Source of the DNA: Stegostoma tigrinum
Taxonomy: Eukaryota
Reading direction: 5' to 3'
Assembly (NCBI RefSeq): GCF_030684315.1
Contig: NC_081387.1
Location: forward strand, 5,436,497 to 5,500,496
DNA: 64,000 nt
Shown here: piece by piece, positions 1 through 12,486 of the stretch
Layout of the letters: each line of letters starts with the position of its first letter
Position numbering within the stretch: position 1 is the first letter of the stretch
The notes under the pieces: model-generated
The model's database searches: none
Seen by the model: the letters and a program-made list of their open reading frames with translations, nothing else
Told to the model about the DNA's origin: nothing
Program-made: the position numbers and the translations under genes

Positions 1-168
1 AAGGAAAGATCCACATTCTCAGCCTCAAGAGAGCCTTTTCTACGAGAGTCTGGTTTTGATCCGGGTTGTCGGAGCATAATGATGAGAAAGATTGCAGATG
101 CTTCCTGAAGGATCCGCCGTATAATCCCGTACAGTCAGATACAATGCTAATAGTTGTTTGCAGCTCTG
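1..168 (-). other. Candidate exon of an unidentified minus-strand gene running off the left edge
   Basis: Acceptor ttttcccttccttctacag|CAG at 169/168 and possible donor G|GTAAAA at 297/296, with CpG-rich sequence over 1-790. One frame is open across the whole exon; another has an ATG at 77 (MLRQPGSKPDSRRKGS...). Confidence 0.35.
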
Positions 169-797
169 CTGTAGAAGGAAGGGAAAACTGATGGCAGGAA
201 TTCAAACACAGATGCTGAGTCAGAACACCGGAGGCGTTTGACTGACATTGCAGAGCGGTAGCATTTTGCAAGCGACGTTGAGATGTTTTCTTTTACCACG
301 GCGACTGTAGATTGCTGGGGGGGTGGGGGGGCGAAGGGCAGGCCTGGGAGCTGACGAGCTGCCCGAGGAGCTGGCGAATGGAGCAGTTGACGGGCCGGGG
401 ATTCCCAGAAACAGCAAGACCCCGCCTTCCCAGGCAGAATGCAGCAGCTTTGTTCAAGCCCAGGCTAATCGGTGCTGCTGTGGAAAGTCCCCGGGACTCT
501 CCACGGTGACTGCAGACAACGCAGGAAACAAAGCGAAAGGGCTTCAAGTTGTTCATTATCACTGGGGCACCGCAGGAGCAACACAACGCACATCCTCCTC
601 TTGCCTACAGTATTATCAAAGCTCCCAGAATTGGCAGGTAGATGACCCACAACGTAATCACCAAGTTTAAAGTCATCGATCCGGCTATCATTTCCGGAGA
701 CTATCAGTAAGAACGAAGTGGCGGAATGGAGACAGCGTAGTGCTTTCACTGATGTCCTTCCTGAACATTATGTTCCCACCCGACTGGAGTTATACTG

Positions 798-1516
798 TGA
801 TAACAAAGTGTGGAGCTGGATGAACACAGCAGGCCGAGCAGCATCTCAGGAGCACAAAAGCTGACGTTTCGAGCCTAGACCCTTCATCAGGAAAAGGGGG
901 ATGGGGAAAGGGTTCTGAAATAAATAGGGAGAGAGGGGAGGCGGACCGAAGATGGATAGAGGAGAAGATAGGTGGAGAAGAGAGTATAGGTGGGGAGGAG
1001 ATAGGTCAGTCCGGGGAGGACGGACAGGTAAAGGAGGTGGGATGAGGTTAGTAGGTAGGAAATGTAGGTGCGGCTTGAGGTGGGAGGAGGGGCTGGGTGA
1101 GAGGAAGAACAGGTTAGGGAGGCGGGGATGAGCTGGGCTGGTTTTGGGATGCAGTGGGGGGAGGGGAGATTTTGAAGCTTGTGAAATCCACATTGATACC
1201 ACTGGGCTGCAGGGTTCCCAAGCGGAATATGAGTTGCTGTTCCTGCAACCTTCGGGTGGCATCATTGTGGCACTGCAAGAGGCCCAGGATGGACACGTTG
1301 AACCTAAGATAACAAGATGTAGAGCTGGATTAACACAGCAGGCCAAGCAACGTAAGAGGAGCAGGAAGACTGATGTTTTGGGCCTAGACCCTTCTTCAGA
1401 AATGGGTTCGAAACGTGAACTTTCCTGCTCCTCTGATGCTGCTTGGCCTGCTGTGTTCATCCAGCTCCACACCTTGTTATCTCAGATTCTCCAGCATCTG
1501 CAGTTCCTGCTATCAC
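798..1516 (-). mobile_element. Penelope-like retroelement 3' fragment with an inverted terminal segment
   Basis: Peptide RRLQEQQLIFRLGTLQPSGIN (C-terminus of the PLE GIY-YIG region). The same terminus recurs at 26341 and 44560-44686. The segment 1307-1516 is rearranged/inverted. Confidence 0.85.
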
Positions 1517-2039
1517 TGTTGAACATCTGTATCTTCCCGCTGGTGTTATACAGTTACTGTTTCACCCCGAACACAGGGAGGTGATGGCCTCATGCTATTA
1601 ATGCTAAACTATTATTCGAGAAACTCGGCTAGTTTTCTGGGGAGAGCTAGTGGGAACTGCCGATGCTGGAGAATCCAAGATAACATGGCTTCAGATTTCT
1701 GAAGAAGGGTTCAGGCCCAAAACATCAGTTTTCCTGCTCCTTAAATGCTGCCTGGCCTGCTGTGTTCACCCAGCTCTACACTGTGTTATCTCTAATTTTC
1801 TGGGGACCCGGGTCTGAAACTGTGATGGCTGATGGTGGAATGTCTGAAGTTGCGAATTTAAAGATCATTGGAGGGAAAAAAAGTAGTGGCTCACTAATGT
1901 CCTTCAGAGAAGGAAACTGTAGTCCTTACTCTGCCTGGCCTGTATGTCTGTCACTTCAGATCCACAGCAATGTGGTTGACTCTGAAATGGCCTAGCAAGC
2001 CATTCAGTTGCATCAATTGCTTCCAGATGGACCATGGGA

Positions 2040-4760
2040 AAAGATAACAGCAGAAATGCTCCATTCAACCCTGCAAAGTCCACCTCTCTAAGGCCTGGGG
2101 CTAGTGCCCAGACTGGGACAGCCGTCTCACAGACTAGTCAAACAACAGCCTGACATGGTCATACTCTACAGAATCATACCTTACAATGCCTCAGCCACCA
2201 CCATCACCATCCCTGGATATGTTCTATCCAACTGGCAGGGCAGACCCAGCAGAGGTGGTGGCACAGTGATATACAGTCAGGAGGGAGTTGTGCTGGGAGA
2301 ACTCAACATTGAGTCTGGACACCATAAAGTCTCACGGCTTCAGGTTAATCATAGGTGAGGAAACATTCTGCTGATTACCATATACTGTCCTTAGAGGAAG
2401 CACTTAGGATGGCAAGGGCACAAAATGAACTCTGGGTGGGGGATTTCAATGTCCATCACCAAGAGTGGTTCGGTAATACTATTGATCGAGCTAGTCAGGT
2501 CCCAGAGGACATAGCTGTTAGGCTGGATCGACAGCAGGTGGTGAGCGAACCAACAAGAGCAAGAAACATACTTGAGCTCATCCTTACCAATCTGCCTGCT
2601 GCAGATGTATCCGTCCATAACAGTATCAGTAAGCATGATCACTGCACAGTCCTTGTGGAGACAAAGTCCTGTCTTCACATTGAGAACAGCCTCCTTTGTG
2701 CATTGTGGTACTAGCACAGTGTTAAATGGGACAGACTTCGAACAATTGAATAACTCAACACTGGGCATTCATGAGGCGCTGTGGGTCATCAACAGCAGCA
2801 GAATGTACTCCAGCACAACCTGTAATCTCATGGCCCAGCATAATCCCCACTCAATCATTACCATCATGCCAGGGGATAAACCCTGTTTCAATGAAGAATG
2901 CAGGAGGGAATGCGAGGAGCAGCATTAGGTATAAATCACTAGACAGGACTACTTGCACGCCAAACAGCATACACAACAAGTGAAAGAGTTAAGTGATCCC
3001 ACAACCAATCATAGAGTAATACAGCGTGGAACCAGGCCCTTCAGCCCAATCTGGTCCATGCTGACCATGGTGTCCACTCAGCTAGTTCTGATTGCCCGCA
3101 TTTTGTCCATATCCCTTTAAACCCTTCCCATCCGTGTACCTATCCAAATGTTTTTTAAATGTTGCTATTGTACCTGCCTCAGTCACTTTCTCCGGCAGCC
3201 CATTCCATACACGCACCACTCTCTGAATAAAGGAGTTGCCCTTCAGATTCTTCTTAAATCTCTGTCCTCTCAGCTTAAACTTATGCCCTTGAGTTTTCTC
3301 TGAGAAAAAGATGATATGCATTCATCCTATCTAAGCTCCTCATGATTTTATACACCTCAATAAGATCACCCATCATTCTCCTGCGTTCCAGAGAATAACG
3401 TCTTATCCTGGCCACCCTCTCGCTTTAACTCAGGCCTGCTAGCCCTGGCAACATCTTTGCAAGTCTTCTTTGCACGCTTTCCAGTTTAACTGTGCCTTTC
3501 CTATAACAGGATGACCAAAATGGTACATAAGACTCCAAGTTCAACCACACCAACGACATATATAACTGTAACATAACATTCCAATCCCTATACAGTCCTG
3601 TCACATTCAGTTGTGAATGGAGGTGGACAACTAAAGAACTCACTGGAAGAGGAGGAGGCTCCACAAAATATTCCCACCCTAATGATGGAAAAGCCCAGTA
3701 CACCTGTTCAAAAGATAAGGCTGAAACATGCACAGTAGTCTTCAGCCAGAAGCACCAAGTGGATGATCCATCATGGTCTCTTCCAGTGGTCCCCAGTATT
3801 ACAGCTACCAGTCTTCAGCCAATTCGATTAACTCAGCATCTAATCAAGAAATGGTTGGAGGCACTGACTACTACAAAAGCTCTGGGTCTTGACAACATTT
3901 TGCAATAGTATGAAGACTAGTGCTCAAGAACTTGCCACTCCCCTAGCCAAACTGTTCCAGTACAGTTACAACACTGGCATCTCGCCTACAATTTGGAAAA
4001 TTGCCCAGTTATGTCTTGTTAATAAAAAGCAGGAAATACCCAACTCAGGCACCACTCTACTCTCAATTGTCAGTGAAGTGATGGAAGATATCATCAATAG
4101 CACTGTCAAACAGTATCTGCTCAGCAATAACCTGCTCAGTGACGCCCAGTTTGAGTTCTACCAGGGCCACTCAGCTCCTGACCTCATTACAGCCTTGGCC
4201 CAAACACGGGCAAAAGAGCCGAGTTGGAATGATGAGGTGGGAGTGACAGTCTTTGGGGAGGGAATTCCAGAATTTTGACCCAGTGACAGTGAAGGAATGG
4301 CAATACATTTATCAACAATAGATTAAGGCTGCATTTGACTGAGTCTGGCATCAGGGAGCCCTAGTAAAACTGGAATCAATGGATATCGAGGGCAAACTCT
4401 CTGGTGGTTGGATTTATACCTGGCTCATAGGAATATGGTTGTGGTTGTCAGACACCTCAGTTCCAGCACATCTCTGTGGGAGTTCCTCAGGGTAGTGTCC
4501 TTGGCCCAAACATCTTCCACTACTTCATCAATGAGCTTTCCTCCATCATAAGGTCAGAAGTGGGGATGTTCACCGATTATTGTACAATGTTTAGTACCAT
4601 TCATGAGTCCTCAGATACTGAGCCAGCTCACATTTAAATCAAGCAAAATCACGACAACATTGAGGCTCAGACTGACAAATGGCAAGTAACAATCACGCCA
4701 CTCAAATGCCAGGCAATGACCGTCATCAATAAGAGACTGTAAGTATCCAGTCTCTCCCAG
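2040..4760 (+). mobile_element. Decayed LINE (CR1/L2 group) ORF2, APE plus RT, interrupted by a CR1 insertion at 3010-3597
   Basis: WVGDFNVHH, NILELILTN and KHDH (APE); LATPLAKLF and a GVPQGSVLGP-coding stretch at ~4480 (RT); many stops. Confidence 0.85.
3010..3597 (-). mobile_element. CR1-type LINE 3' fragment
   Basis: KTQGHKFKLRGQRF...FIQRVVRVWNGLP and LESVQRRLAKMLPGL, typical of the CR1 ORF2 C-terminus. Confidence 0.85.
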
Positions 4761-6507
4761 TAATGTGTGATCAGTAACATTGATCATCACTGTCCAATCT
4801 GTCCAGTTATACATAAGAACATAATAACTAAAAGCAGGAGTAGGCAGTAGAGCTCTGTCGACCTGTTCACTATTTAGTACAATCACGGTTAATGTCATTT
4901 CTCCCTCAACTATGCTTCTTCCCAGCTCCCCATCATCCTTCAACCCCAATTACTAATTGAAATCTGTCTATCTGCTCCTAAATTTACTCCATGTTTCAGC
5001 ATCACAGAATTTGCACGTCGTGAATTATACAGATTCATGACCCTTTGAGAGTATCCATTTCTTCTCATCTCTGATTTAAATCTGCAGCCCCTTATCCCAA
5101 ATCTCCCAAAATGTCAGCTTTTGTGCTCCTAAAATGTTGCTTGGCCTGCTGTGTTCATCCAGCTCCACAGCTTGTTATCTCTGACCACTCAATCTAGATT
5201 GCCATAAGAAGAAACATGGTCTACTTTGATAAACCCCATTGCTTGGTGTTTGTGTTTGGCTAGTTTAACCCCTATCCTTTAATGCCATGGAAATCATGCT
5301 TGGGGTAGGTACCTTGGTACCTCATCAAACTGCTGCAGTCTCTATGGTGCACGGTCTCCCAGATTGCTGTTTGGAAGCACAATTCAGAAATCATGGACAT
5401 GTTGGAGGCGGAAGGAGAGGTTCTGGACACTGTGCAGACCAGACACTGGATGCTGTGCTGACCAGACTCTTGGACGTGGTGGAGAACTTACCTGAATGGG
5501 AGGCTGCTGCTGCAGCACACACTTCTCTTCCTTACCTTGGCCTGCAACCTGTATAACCTTGGTGTAACATTCCAGCTTCAGCAGCTGATTTCCCCAACGG
5601 AGAACAGTCTACAAAGGGAGGCATTCCCTCATCCCATTGGGCTGGAGGCTGGTGCACACAGCAGTCCCTTGTAATAAGTATTTGAGTACATTCACTGAGT
5701 GCCAGCCCATATGGGTTTTTTTTGGAACCTGAAGGAAATTTTGAATGGTTTCATTTGCAGCCAGTTGTTTGGTCATTTTAAAGGGGCTGCTTTTAAAATT
5801 GTGGCTGCATTCTGTGCCACACAGTGGGGTGGGCATATTGAAGGGTCTCATCATGGGCCTGCACCTAGGTATGGCTAAGGCGGTCATCACCAGCTCCAAG
5901 CGGGAGGATATGTTGGGGTCGGAGCTCTTGCCTGTGGGCCCCTCTTCCCTGGTTAGGCCTATCTTTGGTTGCAAATGGAGAAGGTGCATGCAGAGTGCCC
6001 CAGCACAGCAGAGGTCTGTAGGGACTGGTGGGACCTTTAAGGGCTTGTGTACATCAGACACCTTGGTTGTTGTACTTGATCTAATTTTTAATGAGTTTCT
6101 ATTGATCTTTTGAATTTTTTTTGTTAAATTGCTCCACCTGGCACAGTCTAACCTGCTTAAAGCTCAATTAAAGAACAGAACAGAAAGTATCTGAGCTTTC
6201 CTGACTCTTTCTCTCAGTTGAACATCTTACCCTTCACTCCCAACCCAAGACAAACATATTCTACCATTGCAACATGGCAGCTCCAGTATCACTCAATCTT
6301 CCACTGGGGACCTTAGATGACCAGGAACTTTGAAAAAAAAGTGTCAAATCCATTACATATATACGCAGAGGCCCATTCTCCCGTCTGCCTGGGCTTCCTT
6401 CGAACCCAGTTTCCAGCCATTTATCTATGTTCATCAGGCCAATTGTGTAAAATTGCTGCTAGTCAGACAAAACCTGATGTTTTTATAATCTATGTTGCAT
6501 TTACTTT

Positions 6508-6836
6508 TAGAACTCTTGAATCCCTACAGTGTGAAACTAGGCAGTTTGACCCATCAAGTCCACACTGATCCTCCAAAGAGAATCTACCATCCTACCCTTA
6601 TCCCTGTACCCCTGCATTTTCCATGGCTAATCCACCTTGCCTGCTCATTCTTGGACACTATAAGCAACTTAGCATGATCAATCCACCTAACCTGCACATC
6701 TTTGGACTGTGGGAGAAAACCCATACAGACACAAGGAGAACATACCAACTCTACTCAAATGGTTGCCTGAGGTTGGGGTCAAACCCAGGTCCCTAGTGCT
6801 GTGAGGCAGCAATGTTACCCACTAAGCCACCATGCT
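6508..6836 (-). mobile_element. HE1/V-SINE-type SINE, diverged
   Basis: Reverse complement of the SINE head and core. Confidence 0.75.
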
Positions 6837-6999
6837 GTCCGGTAATCTGAACGATTCCAATGTACCCCCATATTCAGCCCTCCAGGGACTTAAACTACAT
6901 GTTCCTTGACCTGCACTGGCAAATTGAACCACTTCACAAGTTTAAAATTCTCACTCTTGTATTTTAATCCCTTCATGGCTTCAGTTCCCCCCAAATTAG

Positions 7000-7945
7000 A
7001 CCATAAACTATAGATAATAGAACAGTACAGCACTGTACAGCCCTTTGGCCCATGTTATGCCAATCTATTATCTTACCAAGATCAAACTACCCTGCATACC
7101 TTACATTTTCCATCTGCCTATCTAAGAGTCGCTTAAGAGTCTCTAAAGTATCTGACTCCACTACCACTGCTGGCAGCGCATTCCACACGCCCACCATTCC
7201 CTGTGTAAAGAACCTACCTCTGACATGTCCCCTATATCTTCCTCCAATCACCTTAAAATTATGCCCCCTTGCCATAGTAATTTCTGCCCTGGGAAATAGT
7301 CTCTGGCTATCCACTCTACCTATGCCTCTCATCACCTTGTACACCTCTATCAAGTATCCTCTCATCCTCTTTGCTCCAATGAAAAAAGCCCTAGCTTCCT
7401 CAACTTTTCCTCATAAGACTTGCCCTCCAGTCCAGGCAGCATCCTGGTAAATCTCCTCTGCACCCTCTCTAAAGCTTCCACATCCTTCCTATAATGAGGT
7501 GACCAGAACTGAACATAATATTCCAAGTGTGGTCTAACCAGGGTTTTACAGAGGTGCAGCATAACCTCACAGCTCTTATACTCAATTCCCCTACCAAGGA
7601 AAGCTAACACACCTTATGCCTTCTCAACAACCCTAGCAACTCAGGTAGCAACTTTGAGAGATCTACGGACATAGACACCAAGATCCCTCTGTTCCTCCAC
7701 ACTGCCAAGAATCCTGCCATTAACCTGTATTCTGCATTCAAATTTGACCTTCCAAAATGAATCACTTCACACTTTTCTGGGTTGAATTCCATCTGCCACT
7801 TCCTTGCCCACTTTTGCTTCATGTCAATGTCCCGTTGCAACCTACAACAGCCCTCCACGCCGTACACAATTCCACCAACCTTCATGTCATCAGCAAACTT
7901 ACTAACCCACCCTTCCACTTCCTCATCCAAATCATTTATAAAGAC
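7000..7945 (-). mobile_element. CR1-type LINE 3' fragment (RT C-terminus)
   Basis: VSKFADD, WQMEFNPEKCEVIHFG, LVRPHLEY, LERVQRRFTRM and RGHNFK motifs. Confidence 0.92.
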
Positions 7946-9519
7946 CCACTCTGCTAATCCAGTCTGCTCTTCCACTTCATCATGGCTGATTTGTTTCTCA
8001 ACCCCATTCTCCTGCCTTTTCCTGTAACTCTTGATCCCCTTACCAATCAAGAATCTATCTATTTATGTGCAAAAATGCTGTCAATGTCTTAGCCTCCACA
8101 GCCATTTATGGCAATGAGTTCCACAGACTAATCACCCTCTGGCCGAAGAAATTCTTCATCTCAGTTCTGAAGGATCAACCCTTCACTCTGAGGATGGGGC
8201 CTCAGATCCTAGTCTGTCCTTGCTTTTATCACCTTTTCCTGTCTTACAACGTTTAGAAATATCTGTTTTCAAATGTTGAAATTCTCTCCATCTCCAATTC
8301 AAGTACCATATCTTAGGAGAGATACCTTCAACTTGGTCGGCACAACATTGTGGGCTGAAGGGCCTGTTCTGTGCTGTACTGTTCTATGTTCTATGTTCCA
8401 ACCCTCTAAGCTAAGGAATTCCCTCCCCGGTCCTCTCTTAATTCCCTTTAGACCTTCCTAAAATCATTCTCTTTGGATGAAGCTTTTGGACAAGCACCCC
8501 CATGTCTCCTGATGAGGCTTTAAGTTAAATTTGTTCAATAATACTTTTGTGAATTGCTTAGGGTACTCTATCAAGACTGTTGGAGTGATGCTGTCTGTCC
8601 TGCCGTGCAGCTCTACACTGTGTTATCTCAAGGTGAATAGCTGCCTTGCCCCACCCTTTATTGTTAACACAGCTTTTTCTTATTAAAGATCAGAATAAAA
8701 CAGCAACAAATAACTGGGTTTGTGTATTGCCTATGTAAGTTGTTTTGGTGTGGATTTTTTTTCATATTTATAAGTTGATAGCTGAAGACTTGTAAACATA
8801 ATTACAAACAAAGGAATACAAACACTTCATGCATGAAGACATAATGAATCATCACCCAGCTCTTTCTGATCAATTACCTCTTAAACTTGGACATGCAAGT
8901 ATTTGGTGAATAATGTGAGAGTAAATGGGTCAGTTTTTTGTTTCCAGGGTTGAATAGGCTTTATAATTAAGGCAACAAAGAAGTAAGGAAGTAAATTTTA
9001 TTCATTCCGTTAAGTATATCGAGCATAGCAGAAAACATTGCATGTAATCACATTGAATGAGAATTACATAGAATGTAATTATTGCTGACAGCACTTTCCT
9101 TATCAAATCCCACAATTCCCACTTGCAGAGATGCTTAATAATGATGTGAAGAACAGACTCTCTAAAAAAAATTAATCTATGAGGTGGTGCTAATCTTTGT
9201 ATTACGCTGAGTCCAAATGTTAAAATTGCAAGGTTCCAGCACCTCGAGGTCAAGATTACACACTGCAGGATTTTCCAGGATAAATCAGGAAGATGGAATG
9301 GAAAGCTAGTTGGGAAAGAGGTTTGGTTCTGACTTCCAATCCCTGACTGTAAGGACCACAATTGACTGTGTCTCTTACCATATGTGAAACATATTTAACA
9401 CAGTAGGCCATAAGATGCATGTCTGCTCTTCAGTTCAAAAGAGCAGAAGCCCCAAGTCTAAAGCAAACAACAATGGCAATTCTTCAGTTTTTTTTTCAAA
9501 TCTTCAAGTTTTACTGTTT

Positions 9520-10231
9520 CTATCGTTGACAAGTCTTTCACTCATTTATTGAATTTTCTAACTATAAACCTCACTGAGAGTCTCACAGTGATGTTACGTT
9601 TGCACTCATCATTTTTTTAAACCCCCAATTTTCCATATTCCGAACATGGTGGAAGAGTTGGAATGGCAATTTTGGAACCACCCAGTCACAATTTCACACT
9701 TCATTGGCCAATGCATGTAAAAGGTAAAGTCATCTTAGACATATACAAAATGTCTGAGGAATAAATTACATAGATTGAAGAGCCTGAAGGACACTTATTC
9801 CCCAACAGGTAAATAAATTTTAGATATCTTAATAAAATCATACTACTGAGTCTTTCAGTGACATCACATTTACAGATTCAATCTTAACTGGCCTTTTACT
9901 TTTTTTTTACTCCCAATTTTTAATATTCCGAATCTTGTGGAGGAGTTGGAATAGCAATTTTGGAACAACCAAGTCAGAAATTCACACTTCACCAGTGAAT
10001 ACAGGTAAAAGCTAAAGTCCTCTCAGACATGTGCAAAGATCTGAGGAGTAAATTACATAGATTGAAGAGCCAAAAGCAAACTTATTCCCCATCAGGTAAA
10101 TAAATTTAAGATATCTTATAAAATTGTACTAATTTGTTGAACATTTTACATTTGAAGATAGTTTGAAAGAAATTGATGTGATCCTCAGAAGTGGTTGATT
10201 GATTCAGTAGCTTCACTATGTTGTCGATCGA
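9520..10231 (-). other. B2M: B2M exon 4 (non-coding 3' UTR); 3' end uncertain
   Basis: Strong acceptor ttttctcttctttttgcag|T at 10232/10231 after a 99-nt intron. The first minus-strand AATAAA I found is at 9545-9550, with another at 8997-9002. Confidence 0.65.
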
Positions 10232-10345
10232 CTGCAAAAAGAAGAGAAAAACACAGGGGGTCGATTTGCAATCTGTGCTGGAAATGTCCGCTCAGTAATC
10301 TTTGCTGTTCATCTGAGAGTCACTGCTTACCTCTGTGGTGACATG

Positions 10346-10356
10346 CTAGTAGGCAT
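10346..10356 (-). CDS. B2M: Beta-2-microglobulin exon 3 coding part (D-A-Y-stop); the full exon is 10331-10356 (26 nt)
   Basis: Sequence reads ttctctgtttttgaccatag|ATGCCTACTAGCATGTCACCACAGAG|gtaagc. The phase-1 join gives GAT GCC TAC TAG, mirroring the tiny stop-containing exon 3 of mammalian B2M. Confidence 0.88.
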
Positions 10357-10514
10357 CTATGGTCAAAAACAGAGAAAAACATCATTAGTCTATGACTAGA
10401 ACTTACAGCTATCCACCTGTCGACCAGGCTTAAATACACATACAGGCAAATGGGAATGGCTGGTTTGAAATCCGAGGTCTGTTTAAATTGCTCTCTACTA
10501 TCATAACTGTCCCA

Positions 10515-10860
10515 TGATAAACTGATAGGTGGGTGGCGGTGATGTATAATCCAGAAAGTCTGACTAATGGTTTGGGAACATGGGTTTGAATCTCTCCATG
10601 ATAGACGTTGAAATGTGATTTTATCAAAAATATGAACAAAGAAAAGCTGACCTAAAGTCAATCATGTATCCATTGTCAAGTGTCACAAAAATGCAATCCG
10701 GTTCATTAATGTCCTCCAGGGAAGGAAATCTGAGATCATTACTTGATCTGGTTTACAAGTGACTCGAGACCCAGCGCTGTTGTCTCTTAGCTGCATGCTG
10801 GTAAATTGGGGATGGGCAATAGCTATCCAGCATCACCCTCATGCCACAAATCAATATAAA
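10515..10860 (+). repeat. Second, older SINE-like family (other copies ~1580-2010, 16825-17170, 25715-25995, 28310-28630, 31250-31560)
   Basis: Shared blocks TAATGTCCT.CAG.GAAGGAAA.. and ..AGACCC.CAG.AAT.TGGTTGACT. The tail resembles the LINE tail at ~49240. Confidence 0.55.
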
Positions 10861-11230
10861 TGAAGAGTTGTTAACTAGTCAATGTCTAAAACTGAGTCTA
10901 CAACACACCCAGAGAAAAGTCAAGGCAACTGCTAGTTTTGGAAAATTTTGTGAACTATAGATCCAAGAAGCCATAATAAGATTACCTGTTTCTGCTGATA
11001 CAGTTCACATGTGCACTTATAGGAATGCCTGGCTGAGTTCCAAGGCTTACTAATTTGTTTATTTCAGTAACAGTCTGTACTGTCAGTCAGAACTGCAGTA
11101 TTTCCTTTGTTTGTTTTGAAAAGCTTTATGAGGTTAAAAATAAATTTTTCCTTCTTTGATATAATTTGCCTATGTCTATACTTATTTGGACAAAACTATA
11201 AAATATCAAGTGCAGTGAAGTTCGCGTTAT

Positions 11231-11532
11231 TGGTTCGTACTGCTGCCTCACAGCAGGAGGGACCCGGGTTCAATTCCACCCTCGGGAGACTGTCTATGTG
11301 GATTTTGCACATTCTCCCCGTGTCTGTGTGGGTTTCCTCCAGGTGCTCCGGTCTCCTCCCACAGTCCAAAGATGTGTAGGTTAGGTGGATTGGCCATGCT
11401 AAATTACCCATAGTGTTCAGGGATGTGCAAATTAGGTGGGTTACAGGGGGATGGGTCTGGGTGGGATACTCTGAGGTTTAGCGTGGACTTGTTGGGCTGA
11501 GGGGCCTGTTTTCCACACTGTACGGATTCTGT
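11231..11532 (+). mobile_element. HE1/V-SINE-type SINE in B2M intron 2
   Basis: B box GGTTCAATTCC and a core shared with the other copies. Confidence 0.85.
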
Positions 11533-12213
11533 GAATACCACCTGACTGATATTTCTTCAGGATTGTGAAAACAACTGCTTTTCTTTAAAGAACGGTCATC
11601 TTTTTTCCTATAAACTTCTCAACATTTGCTACTATTATACAATTTACTGACTCACTGCACACTGAGTAGAAGGGCCATGGGAATTGGATGGGTGAGATTG
11701 TGAGCGCCAACTGCTACAAAGTCCCATGGAATAGAGGGGTCCTTTTAATGAACCCACTTCAGCACTTGACCACCTCCATGTTGCCTCCAGCATCGGCAGT
11801 TCCTACTATCTCCATGTTGCCTCTGATCTGTTTCCAGAGGCGGCAGATTTGCATAATCCCATGCCCATCTCCCCAGAATGAACACTGATGTAATGAGGTC
11901 AATCATTACCAGGCGGCTAAAATCTGATCTGAGCTGCCTGCAACAATAGTAAAAAAGCCTGGTGCATGTTCTTCACACTAGAGTGTAAGTACACTTATAA
12001 TTTTACAAGAGGATCAGATGGATTATGCCCAGAGCAGCAAATATTGGGAGTGAATTACAGTATGCAATCTAATCAAGTGTTGTGTCAAATGATCAGTGAA
12101 AGAGAAATTCTATGTGTCTGATTACGTTTGCCATTGATGAAGTTATACCAACAAAAGGAGAGAGTGATTATGGGAGAATGTGTGTTCGACATGTTAATAT
12201 ACAGATTTCTTAC

Positions 12214-12486
12214 CAAGCTGCACCACTTTTGATTCGTCATTGTGGGTCACCCTGCAGGCATACTTGACTCCACTGTGTGGGGTGAACTCCACATGACGAG
12301 TTAGTTTGAAACTCCAGTCGGACTCAAAGGACAGGTCAGACTGGGTGGTATTGGGAATGATAATTCCATTCTCCAGCAGCTCCAGCTTGATGTTGGGGGG
12401 GCTGAAATTTTTGACATGACAGAGCAACACGTTGGGTTCGCCCTCCTTCATCATTTTGTAGGTATACACCTGTACATTTGGAGAAC
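12214..12486 (-). CDS. B2M: Beta-2-microglobulin exon 2 (Ig C1-set domain)
   Basis: SPNVQVYTY...LLCHVKNFSPPNIKLELLENG...QSDLSFESDWSFKLT...YACRVTH carries the B2M signatures (P-x-V-Q-V-Y, DLSFxxDWSF, YxCxVxH). Acceptor tttctag|GT and donor G|GTAAGA; 273 nt. Confidence 0.98.

Noticed and set aside
323-670. GAVDG peptide resembling the Harbinger transposase GAIDG motif
   Set aside because: No other DDE-domain motifs follow.
5287-6113. GC-richer stretch with 89-150 aa ORFs
   Set aside because: No recognisable domain or coherent splice structure; probably old TE debris that I cannot classify.
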